Source of the DNA: Antedon mediterranea
Lineage: Eukaryota > Animalia > Echinodermata
NCBI RefSeq assembly: GCF_964355755.1
Contig: NC_092678.1
Coordinates: forward strand, 17,093,881 to 17,157,880
Reading direction: 5' to 3'
Length of the DNA: 64,000 nucleotides
The position numbers and the translations under genes are program-made. Positions 38,704-52,143 of this stretch are shown here, piece after piece (the stretch's first letter is position 1; each line of letters opens with the position of its first letter). The notes beneath the pieces are model-generated. The model did not search any database and was not told the origin of the DNA. It was given only the letters and a program-made list of their open reading frames with translations.

Positions 38704-40532
38704 CTGAAAATTGTGAAAAATTTAATAAATAATATATACAGTACCAAGGGATAGGATGATAAAACATTATATATTTTATATATAATTTAGAAAAACAAAC
38801 AAAACATAACAATAAATATCTTATTGTGCCAGCAGAGGTCAAGTCCAATTAGGCGTGTCACTCCAGAAGTGAAACCATTACAAGGTATATACAAGGACAT
38901 ACTAATACTTGTTTAATGTTACTTTAGCTCGTATTATCATTATTTGCATGTTTTAGCTGTTTTTCATTAACTTCTTCTACATGATATATAATTATGTTTT
39001 ATCTATATTTTACTGTAATCATGTTGTACTTTGCATATCATATGATGACATAGATCAATATCTACGATACAATACAACCGTTAAATGACGATGATCCATG
39101 TGTTCTGCTATATTTTTACGTTTCGTTATGGCCGCCGATGGTGCTACAGTAACTGAATTAAATAGTCTTGAGTTCGCATAAACAATGCCAAAATAGAAAA
39201 ACTCAAAAAGAGCAAAAAGAAAGATATTACATTTGAACGTATTACGCATGAAAGAGACATATTTCATTGAAGTATTAATTCCTAAAATAAAATAATTGTT
39301 TTTATGAGGAAAAGAGTTAAACTGACGTTTTCATGAGAGGAAGATATATAATATTTGTTCCTCGTGCAAAATAAGCTTATTACAACACTATTACACTAAA
39401 GTATAAATTTACACTTAACTGTGCTTTAAAATAAACATAATTAAAAGCATTAAACAGTATAGGCCTAATAGTTCACCCGAAAAAAATTTCAGATTTGTCC
39501 AAATTCCTTTAAAAAAATCTGACAAATATAAACATGAATAAATAAAAAACAATGTCGTTAATATAAATCAGACTTAAGAATAATGACATCAATTTTCGAT
39601 AATCATAAGGACGAGTTCTCGAATGATTCTCTCATTTGTGCCCATGGAATTGATATTTCCTAAGTTCACCTAACTACGGAGGAATAACGCATTTATATTA
39701 TGATTACATTAATCATAATGTTTAATGATGCTGTGTTATCGAATTGTCTATGTTACTGGAGAAATCGGGATACAGTACCGATAATCAGGTGTGTTAGACC
39801 AGAATACGTTACTCTGGCTTAAAATGGAGGTCTTTGCTTTAACCACGTTCTGAAATGTGTCTGTAAGATTATGTTAGGCAAAAAAAAAACACCTTGTATA
39901 CCATAGCAGCCTGGTGTAGAGACCTATGTATTGCCTTCGCTAAATCCTTTCTTAAACTTGTTCCCACTTATACCTTCTAGAGGAATGTTATCCATAGATA
40001 TAACCCTAATATACTGCTGATTGGATTCGTCATATTATAATTGTAACACAATGTGTCATAAGAACTGTTCGTTATACCATGGTAGTATGTGGTGCAATTA
40101 ATTAAAGAATTATATGATTTGTAAATAGTTTACACAAAGTGCAACACAGTGTGACGTGTTATCTGCTACAATATCTAATGATGACACATTTTTAATAATT
40201 ATGTAAATTCTCATTTAATAAAACACTTATAATAACAAATTACCGTATTAAACGTACAAATCAAAGTATACAAACAATAAGTATATACAGTACCAACGGA
40301 AATTACGATAAAAAAGTATCTATTTTTTAATTTCGATATACAAAGAAAAAATAACAACAAAATCTCTATATTGTGCCAACAGAGGCCAAAAAGGCTTATG
40401 TCCAATTAGGCGTGTCACTCTGACAGTGAAACAATGTCAAGTTATAATTGATATAATACTAATTTTATGTTACTTTATCTCGTATTATCATTATTTGCAT
40501 GTTTTAGCTGTTTTTCATTAACTGTCTTTGCA

Positions 40533-40784
40533 ACCATCCTCTTCATAAGGATATTATCGGCTCCGTTATCGTTAGAAGTGGTAGGATGAGGACGGTGAAT
40601 GCGCAGACGGACCGTTACAAGTACTCGTTCTACCCAGCTGGGATAAGGCATTATAACAAAACATTTGTTAGATAGTCCTCGTTATATTTATATTTATTTT
40701 AGGCAAGCCAATGTTTATGAGCACTGTAATTTCCATTATTATTTTGGACAATAAATGAATCTGTATCTGTATCTGTATCTGTAT
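40533..40784 (+). mobile_element. 5'-truncated Rex1/Babar-type LINE 3' end
   Basis: HPLH...RSGRMR...TDRYKYSFYPAGIRHYN, AATAAA, (CTGTAT)n tail; absent from paralogous units at ~56752 and ~60862. Confidence 0.8.
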
Positions 40785-42162
40785 AATTACAATGTTTTAT
40801 CTAGATTAACTGTAATCATGTTGTACTTTCCATATCATATGATTTCTCGTATTATCATTATTTGCATGTTTTAGCTGTTTTTCATATGATTTCTAGATGT
40901 ATTTCAATATCTACTATACAATACAACCGTTAAATGACGATGATCCATGTATTCTGCTATATTTTTATTTTTCATTATGGCCGCCGATGGTGCTACAGTA
41001 ACTGAATTAAAGAGACAAAACAATGCCAAAATAGAAAAACTCAAAAAGAGCAAAAAGAAAGATATTACATTTGAACGTATTAAGCATGAAACAGACATAT
41101 TTCATAAAAGTATTAATTCCTAAAACAAAATAATTGTTTTTATGTTTAACTCTATGCCTAATAGAGTTAAACTGACGTTTTTATGAGATGAAGATATATA
41201 CTATTTGTTCCACGTGCACAATAAGCTTATAAAACTATTGCAGATTATACGTGAATCGGACCGGTGACGAGTCGGTGACAAACCGAACGGATCATCCAGG
41301 AGTTCTGAAACGTCTGGCCAAGTGCGCTCTCTTTGCGCAGTATTATACGGAGGCGTGTCTATTTTTGTTTTCGTATCTAATTTTGGCTTTAAAAACATGT
41401 CAGCCCAAAATAATCGCTACCCCTGGATCCGCCCCGTCGGAATATTGTCGATATAAAATGATGGAGGTTCAGACGTTCTGTGGTAGGCCTACATTTAAAT
41501 TGTATTATTTGTATTCCCTCTTTAAACTTCATCTTAATTTCAATAAAATAATATCAATTAAGTAATATTGTTTACTTAGAAGTGTGCCAGTTATTCAGCA
41601 CTGAAGAAAACAAAATCAGAAAAATGTAAACACATGTTACCAGGTTTTTTTAAAACATTAATAAAGCTAAGTGTGTTAATTAATGACATGTAAAGAACAT
41701 TTTAGCATGAGGAAGTGAAAATATGGAGGGAAAGAAAACATAAAGTGTAGACACATATATCACCTCACAAGCAATCTATTGCTGACCCAGTGTGAAGCCA
41801 GAAATCAAGAGTTGTTCCTGCTCCCCAATTATTGTGGTCTCTTTATTTATAAAACTTGAAAAGCAGAAAAAAGAGGAGGAGGTGTATGTTTGTTTGTTGG
41901 CAGACTATAACGCTGGTTCAGATTTTAAGTTAAGTTTATCTTACGGACGGATAACGCTAATATTGTACGTACCACCACATTAGGTAACCGATGCGCCCTC
42001 ATTATGACGTTTTTTATAAGAGAAATTTACAAACCATGTGTTGCGCGTGCGAATAAAGAACAAGTGCAGCTATTCCACCATACGGAGGGAAAGATAACCA
42101 ATGCCTCTCATAATAACATTATTTTTCATTTTAATAATATTTACTAATAATGTTAATAACAA

Positions 42163-43223
42163 CTAGATTTGAACTCGTAACTATGGACGAGTTTGGTTAT
42201 CCGCAGCGAAAATGCCACGTGTACGTCATACTTTAGAATATTGCGCACAGAAAAACGATTATGCCATTGAAAAAATGTTAGTGTGCTCTCTATTATATGT
42301 CACGTCTAAGTATATAGAGTATACACTATATATCTCTATACGTACTACATACAGTGCAGAATAGGTGAAAATACCGGGACCCGCATTTTCATCCAATTTT
42401 TACCATGATGATGTCTTCAAAATGAAACACGTAGATAGCAATTTTGGAAGGAAATTATCCGAGCAACAACATATCAACGTGTTGAATAAATTTGGATACG
42501 TAGAATACGGAAGCGCGCTCTTTTAAATGTCATGAACTATGACGCCAAATATGAAATGACTACTGTTATAATTGAACTGGCCATATGATGACGTCACAAC
42601 ATTCGATTCGCATAATTTGTACATGAATTCATATTGTACAATTCAACAGCTTCCAGAAAACGTTTTAATCATGAGTATCACTTTTTATTCTGAGGAGCTA
42701 TAATAAATTTAAATTTATTGGAATGATGAAAAAAAGTAACCAAAGTTATTCACGCTTTTGAACATGATGAAGTCATAACAATTTTAAAAATGGTAAATCA
42801 TGCGAAAGATAATTGATTGACTTAGACAATATAAACATATGGGGGAAAATGGAATATGGATAAGTGGAGATGCGCTCTATTAAATGTGATGAGCTATGAC
42901 AAAAGAGACAAAGATCCTATATTTTATATTCGAGTGGCCATACGATGACGTCACAATGTCTAGTTAGCCATATTGATACATGATCCGATATCAACAACTC
43001 ATCTACTTCCAGAATATGTAAAAAAAAAACTTCACCTTGTAGTTTAGAAACTATGACTGTTTAAAAAAAGTCATCATTTTGACGATTTTTTTTACTTTTT
43101 CATAAAAAACGGGCACAAATTGTCCAATTCGACGTGCTCGTATGACGTGATTTTAATTCGAAATTATTTGAAAGCTGGGAAAATTACTAGAAAAGGCTGG
43201 AAAAACATAAATCACGCGAAAAA
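42163..43223 (-). mobile_element. 5'-truncated Helentron-type element, paralogue of 36156-38312 without the MITE
   Basis: CTAG and hairpin at 42163; truncation at AATCACGCGAAAA identical to the other copy. Confidence 0.8.
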
Positions 43224-43364
43224 AATAACATTTACTAATAATGATAATAATAATTATAGGAATAGGGCAAAGGGTAAAACATAAAATGATGTGACAATAA
43301 GTGTGGTTATATTACAACGAAAATATACTATTTTCAAAAGTATGATAAACAAGAGCAAACACTC

Positions 43365-43436
43365 AGTTCTGTCAATGATGTCAAAACATCAAACACATTT
43401 GCTGTTAATGTAGTTATTTGGTTATTGTACAAGTAC
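43365..43436 (-). pseudogene. LRR cassette with deleted donor GT: YLYNNQITTLTANVFDVLTSLTEL
   Basis: 72-bp frame and acceptor intact, but followed by GAGTGT instead of GTGAGT. Confidence 0.8.
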
Positions 43437-44454
43437 CTGAAAACCGTGAAAAAATTCAATAAAGAAGTACAGTATATATACAGTACCAAAGAATAGTACG
43501 ATAAAAATGATCTATTTATTAATTTAGAAATACTTTCCATATCATATGATTTCTGGATGTAGATGTGTTCTGCTATATTTTTACGTTTGATATAACATGA
43601 TAGAGGTTCAGACGTTCTGTGGTATATTTATTATTGTTTTATTTGTATGTTCCCGGTAAACTTCATCTTAATTTCAAATATAATATTATCAATAAAGTAA
43701 TATTGTTTACTTAAGCGTGGTTCCCACTAGAACGCAACGCAACGTATCGACGCAAACTGCTGTATTGCGTAATCACAAGTGGGAACCGACGACGCTACAA
43801 TAGACAGGTTCCATTTCTCAAAAAACGGCCTAGAAAACGAATCAAGAAGCATTTTTGGGTAGAAGCTGGGATCCACTTGATTTAGGATATTTCGACCTCG
43901 CTGATTACGAATATGGCGGATCCCAAGCGAAATTCGGCCATCTAAGCCCTTAATTTGCATAATTAAAAATGGCGGCCATTTTTTATAATTACCCTATATC
44001 TCGAGAACCACTAGTCACAGGTAATTAATTTTGGTCTCAAAATGTTTTAAATATATGTTTTTATATTCACTTTAATGACACATTTTCTCAAAAAATGGAT
44101 GCAAGTCTTATTTATGCCATTTTGACCTTTGACCTTGATATATATTTATTATAATGAAATGTTTTTACAAAAAATGGCCGATTCTACAACTATTGACCTT
44201 TGAACTATTAGTCAAATATAATAATATAATAATAATAAAACTTTGAAAATTGTGGTCTTATGAATTTTGTTTTCTTTTTAAATTGTTTAAAACATGTGTG
44301 TTTCTATCTAATGGCATATTTTGTACAAGAATGGCCGATAGTATGGTTATTGACCTTTAAACTACAGCATAGGCCTACTGTATACTAAATATATTATAAT
44401 TGCATAACTATGAAATTATTTATACACAATAATAATTAGTAAAATTATAAAATT

Positions 44455-44965
44455 CACTGCCATCAAATATGATGTGTTATGATTTATATAGATTAAAAAA
44501 AAATTGAACACGCAAGTTACATTTGTTGAAATTTGAAATTACCTGCCATCAATATGATGGAGTATGATTATAGATTTTTTTTAATGTGAACATGTCAGCT
44601 ACATTTGGAAATTACCTGCCATCAATATGATGGATTATGATTATAGATTTAAAAAAGAATTTGAACACGTAAGCTACATTTGAAAATTACCTGCCATCAA
44701 TATGATGGATTATGATTATAGATTTAAAAAAGAATTTGAACACGTCAGCTACATTTGGAAATTTGGAAATTTGGAAATTACCTGCCATCAATATGATGGA
44801 TTATGATTGTATAGTACCTGCCATCAATATGATGGATTATGATTATAGATTTAAAAAAGAATTTGAACACGTAAGCTACATTTGAAAATTACCTGCCATC
44901 AATATTATGGATTATGATTGTATAGATTTAAAAGAAAATGTGAACACGTAAGCTACATTTGGAAT
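44455..44965. repeat. ~75-bp tandem repeat inside the foldback arm (mirrored at ~46480-46985)
   Basis: Repeated TTACCTGCCATCAATATGATGGATTATGATT with a small internal hairpin. Confidence 0.85.
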
Positions 44966-44981
44966 GAACATGTTAAGGGCA

Positions 44982-46090
44982 TCAGTTAAGATCATTCATG
45001 CAAAGGTTTCCGTCATCTTTAGCGTTTTTACAGCGGCATAAAGCTGTACATGGTAGTTTTGACTTCTTGCACCTACATCTATTGGTTATGCATCGTGTCT
45101 TGTATCCACAATAAATCATCTCTAACAAAGCAGTAGGAATAGCTTCATTTTTCAGAAGCACTGGTTGAAGTTTACCATTAGATAGCTCCCAACCAAAATC
45201 TGTTGGTGATGGCAAATGCTGGATTGGCGATACAGCTTTTTTCCATACGAGTGCTTGGAAGTGTGCTCTTTTTATATGTTGGTGCACTGCATCGCTTGTT
45301 GGAGGTAATGCGTCTGGTTTTGTCTGTTTTTTTTAAAGCCCGGACTTCATTGGTACTTTTAACTTGACCAACACCGTAAACGTAGCAAATGAATCTTTCC
45401 GATTTCATAATAACTTGGTCACTGATAGGTTTTCTCCCAGGTCTTTAATTAGTTCATAATGTTTTTTTAATACTTCCCATGCCGATGCCTTTGAGTGACC
45501 ACTTAGATATGAGCAGGGAAGAGTTAAATTACTGTATGTATGTATTAATGTAATTTAACTCTTCCCTGGATATGAGGTAGTATCGCATCCACTAATGGTG
45601 TGGAATGGAATCAGTGCTTTTGCATAACCCTCGGGCAAGGCTTGAAAAATGTTTTTTATAGATACTTTCTTTTTTAGATGTCCCTGTCATCATTCATTTG
45701 GATACCATGCTTTGGTAGTGAGACACTAGAATCACTATTACGTCTGTATCATCCCTAGAAGCAACTACAACTGTGTCGTATCGGACATTGGCAGCATGAC
45801 AAGTCTCGTGTCCGATTCTTCATGATCTGCGACCAGAGACAACGTATTATTCGTGTAGACTTTTGATGATTTAACAACTGATTCTTTCATAAATCCACCA
45901 GCTGTGACAATTTCTTTGTCTATAGGAGCTTGACGAATCAACTCCTCTGATAGAAATCGTGCCAGATCTGCTTTATTATCTTGTAATGCCAAAAAGTTTG
46001 GCAGCGGTATTTCACCACTTTCTATAATTCGACGAATTGGTCTCTGTGTTTTGGTTCATCTTTGTCTGGTGGTGTCCTTTATCGACAGTT
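44982..46090 (-). pseudogene. Fragmented transposon-associated gene with PIN/FEN1-like nuclease motifs and a C-terminal Cys-rich (CXC-like) region
   Basis: NKADLARFL, DHEESDTRL, DDTDV, FHTISGCDTTS, HIKRAHFQ..W, PSPTDFGW, C..KTRC..NRCRC....LPCTALCRC across frameshifts. Confidence 0.7.
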
Positions 46091-48583
46091 TTAAGTTAGG
46101 CATGCCATGTTAAAAAAAACCAAAACCGGGCATTACCTCCAACAAGCGATGCAGTGCACCAGCATATTAAAAGAGCACACTTCCAAGCACTCGTACTGAA
46201 AACAGCTGTATCGCCAATCCAGCATTTGCCATCACCAACAGATTTTGGTTGGGAGCTATCTAATGGTAAACTTCAACCAGTGCTTCTGAAAAATGAAGCT
46301 ATTCCTACTGCTTCGTTAGAGATGATTTATTGTGAATGCAAGACACGATGCATAACCATATAGATGTAGGTGCAAGAAGTCAAAACTACCATGTACAGCT
46401 TTATGCTGCTGTAACCACGCTAAAGATGACGGAAACCTTTGCATGAATGATCAAAACTGATGCCCTTAACATGTTCATTCCAAATGTAGCTTACGTGTTC
46501 ACATTTTCTTTCAAACCTATACAATCATAATCCATCATATTGATGGCAGGTAATTTCCAAATTTCCAAATGTAACTGACGTGTTCAAATTCTTTTTTAAA
46601 TCTATAATCATAATCCATCATATTGATGGCAGGTACTATACAATCATAATCCATCATATTGATGGCAGGTAATTTCCAAATTCCTGAATGTAGCTGACGT
46701 GTTCAAATTCTTTTTTAAATCTACAATCATAATCCATCATATAGATGGCAGGTAATTTTCAAATGAAGCTTACGTGTTCAAATTCTTTTTTAAATCTATA
46801 ATCATAATCCATCATATTGATGGCAGGTAATTTCCAAATGTAGCTGACATGTTCACATTTTTAAAAATCTATAATCATACTCCATCTTATTGATGGCAGG
46901 TAATTTCAAATTTCAAATTTCAACAAATGTAACTTGCGTGTTCAATTTTTTTTTTAAATCTATATAAATCATAACACATCATAATAATTTTACTAATTAT
47001 TATTGTGTATAAAATTTTCATAGTTATGCAATTATATTATATTCAGTATACAGTAGGCCTATGCTGTAGTTTAAAGGTCAATAACCATACTATCGGCCAT
47101 TCTTGTACAAAATGTGCCATTAGACTGGATAGAAACACACATGTTTTAAACAATTTAAAAAGAAAAAAAAATTCATAAGACCACAATTTTCAAAGTTATA
47201 TTATTATTATATTATTATATTTGAAAAATAGTTCAAAGGTCAATAGTTGTAGAATCGGCCATTTTTTGTAAAAACATTTCATTATAATAAATATGAATGT
47301 ATAGTTTCTGAACAATTTGAGCCCTATTTCGTGTCTCTCCGATTATTGGTTACTGAGATACGATAAATCAAGGTCAAAGGTCAAAATGTCAGAAATAAGA
47401 CTTGCATTCATTTTTTGAGAAAATGTGTCATTAAAGTGAATATAAACACATATATTTAAAACATTTTGAGACCAAAATTAATTATCTGTGACTAGTGGTT
47501 CTCGAGATATAGGGTAATTATAAAAAATGGCCGCCATTTTTAATTATGCAAATTAAGGGCTTAGATGGCCGAATTTCGCTTGGGATCCGCCATATTCGTA
47601 ATCAGCGAGGTCGAAATATCCTAAATCAAGTGGATCCCAGCTTCTACCCAAAAATGCTTCTTACACCATATTTCAGAGGAAATAGAACTTGTCTACAATG
47701 CTGCAAAGCCGCAGGTTTGATTTCACGCAGGTTAGGGAAAACACAATTATCGGAAGGGCATTTTCTTACGCTGCGTAGGTTGCGTTACGTTGCGTCGCTA
47801 GAAGTTAGAAGAGTGCCAGTCATTCAGCACTGAAGAAAACAAAATAAGAAAAAATGTAAACACATGTTACCAGGTTTTTTTAAAACAAGAGTGTTAATTA
47901 ATGAGATGTAAAGCACATTTTAGCATGAGGAAGTGAAAATATGGAGGGAGAGAAAACATAAAGTGTAGACACAGATATCACCTCACAAGCAATCTATTGC
48001 TGACCCAGTGTGAAGGCCGAAATCAAGAGTTGTTCCTGCTCCCCAATTTATTTATAAAACTTGAAAAGCAGAAAAAAGATGAGGAGGTGTATGTTTGTTT
48101 GTTGCCAGATGCCTATAACGCTGTTTCAGATTTTAAGTTAAGTTTATCTTACGGACGGATAACGCTAATAATGTACGTACCACAACATTAGGTAACCGAT
48201 ACGCCCCCATTATGATAAGTGCGAATAAAGAAAAAGTGCTATTCCACTGTACGGAGGGATAGCTACCCGATGCCTCTCATAATAATATTATTTTTCATTC
48301 AATAACATTTACTAATAATGATAATAATAATTTACTTTAAAACAAACGAATACAAGTAGGTCTATCACTACACACAATACAACTACATACAGAAGCTTGT
48401 GTTAAAATAAAGGTTTATGGATCAATCATAATCAAACAAAAACGGTCATATTATATTATTTTAGTTTTGGATGAATATTCTGTCTTTGCAAAGAGTAATG
48501 AAATGATGTGACAAAAAGTGTGGTTATCTTACAACGAAAATATATTATTTTCAAAAGTATGATAAACAATAGAAAGCACTCAA

Positions 48584-48655
48584 AGTACTGTCAATGATGT
48601 CAAACCATCAAACACGTTTTCTGATATTGTAGTTATTTGGTTATCATACAACCAC
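48584..48655 (-). pseudogene. LRR cassette with GT>TT donor mutation: WLYDNQITTISENVFDGLTSLTVL
   Basis: 72-bp frame and acceptor intact; followed by TTGAGT. Confidence 0.8.
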
Positions 48656-51600
48656 CTGAAAATCGTGAAAAAATGCATTAAATAAGTATATATACAGTAC
48701 AAAAGGATAGTACGATAAAAAAAATGATTTTTTAAATTTCGAAATACAAACAAAATATAACAACACATATCTATATTGTGCCAACAGAGGCCATAGACGG
48801 CTTATATCTAATTAGGCGTGTCACTCCAGCAGTGAAACCATTAGGCCTACAAGGTATATACAAGGACATAATAATATTTGTCTAATGTTACTTTAGCTCG
48901 TATTATCATTATTTGCATGTTTTAGCTGTTTTTCTTTCACAGCTTTTACATGATATAACTATGTTTTATCTGGATTTACTGTAATCATGTTGTAATTTCC
49001 ATATCATATGATTTCTGGATGTAGATTAATATCTACGATACAATACAACCGTTAAATGACGATGATCCATGTATTCTGCTATATTTTTATTTTTCATTAT
49101 GGCCGCCGATGTTGCTACAGTAACTGAATTAAATACCGTAATCGCATAAACAATGTCAAAATAGAAAAACTCAAAAAGAGCAAAAAGAAAGATATTACAT
49201 TTGATCGTATTACGCGTGAAACAGACATATTTCATTGAAGTATTAATTCCTAAAATAAAATAATTGTTTTTATAAGGCATAGCGTTAAACTGACGTTTTC
49301 ATGAGAGGAAGATATACAATATTTGTTTCTGGTGCACAATAAGCATATTACAACACTATTACACTAAAGCATAAAGTTACACTTAACTGTGCCTTAACAC
49401 CGTTTAACAGTTCACCTGATACAAAATTCTGATTTGTCCAAATTTCTTTTTAAAAAATCTGACAAATATAAACATGAAGAAATAAAAAGCATGCAATGTC
49501 ATTAATATACATCAGACTTATTATAATGACATCAATTTTCGATAATCATAAGGACGAGTTCTCGAATGATTCTCTCATTTGTGCCGATGGAATTGATATT
49601 TCCTAAGTTCACCTAACTACGGAGGAATAACGCTGTTCATGTACGTACCACACTACATTATATAACAGATGCCTCACATAATGACGTTTTCATGAGAGGA
49701 AGATATATTACATTTGTTCCGTGTGAACAATAAGCTTATTACAACACTATTGCAAATCATATATGAAATGAAACAATATGTCATAGTTCACTACTGTAGT
49801 AATGGATGGATAACGCAAACGTATACGTACCACCACACTATATAGATAACAAATGGCTCTTATAATGACGTTTTCTTAGAGGAAGATATAATAAATATTT
49901 GTTCCGCGTGCAAAATAAGCCTATAACACTATTGTAGATTATACGTGAATCGAAACAATTATGTCGAGTGTGCCTATTCCTTCTTGTTTTATTGTGGACA
50001 ACCGCATAGAGAAACTTTAACATTTAACGCCATACGTCTGGATTGTCTGTGATTTTAAACGATTGTCAATGCTATCTCGATATATGACAATTATTTCAAT
50101 TTGGTAATACAGAATCTCAAATGTATCACATGTGGTTCTTGTATCATTAGGTTAAGAATAAACATTTAAAATAATTATATAATTTCTCATTTAATAAAAC
50201 ATACCAGTTATACAACAAACTACGTACAGGAGCTCGAGCTTATGTTAAAGTAGTACATATTTTTTATCATTTATATTAAGAATACATTAATCATAATGTT
50301 TAATGATGCTGTATTATCGAATTTTAATGTTACTGGAGAAATCGAGATACAATACCGATAATCAGGTGTGTTAGACCAGAATACGTTACTCTGGCTTAAA
50401 ATGGAGGTCTTTGCTTTAATTACGTTCTGAAATGTGTCTGTAAGATTATGTTAGGCAAAAACAACACCTTGTATACCATAGCAGCCTGGTGTAGAGACCT
50501 ATATATTGCCTACGCTAAATTCTTTCTTAAACTTGTTCCCACTTATACCTTCTAGAGGAATGTTATCCATAGATATAATCCTAATATACTGCTGATTGGA
50601 TTCGTCATTTTATAATTGTAACACAATGTGTCATAAGAACTGTTCGTTATACCATGGTAGTATTTGCTACAGCATGTATAAGCTCTGAAAACTCCAAAAT
50701 GACCAATCCTGAGTTACAGCTACGACGGTGCTACAGTAACTGAATTAAATAGTCTTGTTCGCAAACAATGCCAAAAACTTAAAACGAGCAAAAAGAAGAT
50801 ATTACATTTGAACGTATTAGGCCTATACATGAAACAGACATATTCCGTAGAAGTATTAATTAATAATTAATTCCTAAAATAAAATAATTGTTTTTTTGAG
50901 GCATTGAGTTAAAATTACGTTTTCATGAGAGGAAGAAAATATAATATTTGTTCCTCGTGCAAAATAAGCTTATTACAACACTGTTGCAGATTATACGTGA
51001 ATCGGCGACGATTGTACGGAGGCCTGTCTATTTTTGTTTTCGTATCTAATTTTGGCTTTCAAAAATGGCAGCGCAAAGCAATCGCTATCCCTGGATCCGA
51101 CCCGTCGTATTATTTTGATATACAATGATAGAGGTTCAGACGTTCTGTAGTATATTTAAATTGTATTATTTGTATGTTCCCTTTAAACTTCATCTTAATT
51201 TCAAATAGAAAACTATCAATAAAGTAATATTGTTTACTTAGAAGTGTGCCAATTATCCAGCATAGAAGAAAACAAAATCGGACAAAATTTAAACACATGT
51301 TACCATGTTTTTTTAAACATTATTAAAGCAAAGTGTGTTAATTATTGAGATGTAAAGCACATAGGCTGATTTTAGCATGATGAAGTGCAAATATGGAGGG
51401 AGGGGAAATATAAAATGTAGACACATATAACCTCACACGCAAGCTATTACTGACACAGTGTGAAGGCCGAAATCAAGAGACTAGTTGTTTGACGGGATGT
51501 TCCTGGTCCCCAATTATTGTGATCCCTTATTTTAGAACTTGAAAAGCAGAAAAAAGAGGAGAATGTGTAGGCCTATGTTTGTTTGTTGCCAGATGCCTAT

Positions 51601-52071
51601 AACGCTGGTTCAGATTTTAAGTTAAGTTTATCTTACTGACGGATAACGCTAATAATGTACCTACCACCACATTAGGTAACCGATGCGCCCCCATTATGAC
51701 ACGTGCGAATAAAGAAAAATAATTGCTATTCAACCGGACGGAGGGATAGGTAACCGATGCCTCTCTTAATAACATTATTTTTTATTTAATAACATTTACT
51801 AATAATGATAATAATAATTTGCTAAAACAAACGAATACAAGTAGGTCTATCATTACACACAATACAACTACATACAGGAGCTTGTGTTAAAATAAAGGTT
51901 TAGTGATCAATAAAAATCAAACAAAAACAGGCATATTATATTATTTTAGTTTTGGATGAATATTCTGTCTTTGCAAAAAGTAAAAATGAAATGATGTGAC
52001 AAAAAGTGTAGTTACATTACAAAGAAAATATACTATTTTCAAAAGTATGATAAACAACAGAAAGCACTCAC

Positions 52072-52143
52072 AGTTCTGTCAACGATGTCAAACCATCAAA
52101 CACGTTTTCTGATATTGTAGTTATTCTGTTACTGCCCAACCAC
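52072..52143 (-). CDS. Gene R LRR cassette: WLGSNRITTISENVFDGLTSLTEL
   Basis: 72 bp, phase 2-2, ttccAG acceptor, GTGAGT donor. Confidence 0.9.

Larger units (their letters stand above)
43844..47662. mobile_element. Foldback element with ~1.5-kb inverted arms (43844-~45335 and ~46110-47662)
   Basis: Mirror ORFs in the track (43727-43960 vs 47546-47833; 44982-45287 vs 46154-46363); arms end AAGAAGCATTTTTGGG / CCCAAAAATGCTTCTT. Confidence 0.9.
43714..47804. mobile_element. Tourist-like palindromic MITE hosting the foldback element
   Basis: Interrupts unit sequence gtttac-tta|gaagtgtgcc with TTA on both sides; left end GTGGTTCCCACTAGAACGCAACG, right end damaged. Confidence 0.6.

Noticed and set aside
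44455-46985. Short hairpin-containing repeats as a CRISPR array
   Set aside because: Intervening sequences are themselves repeated rather than unique spacers, there are no cas genes, and the context is eukaryotic.
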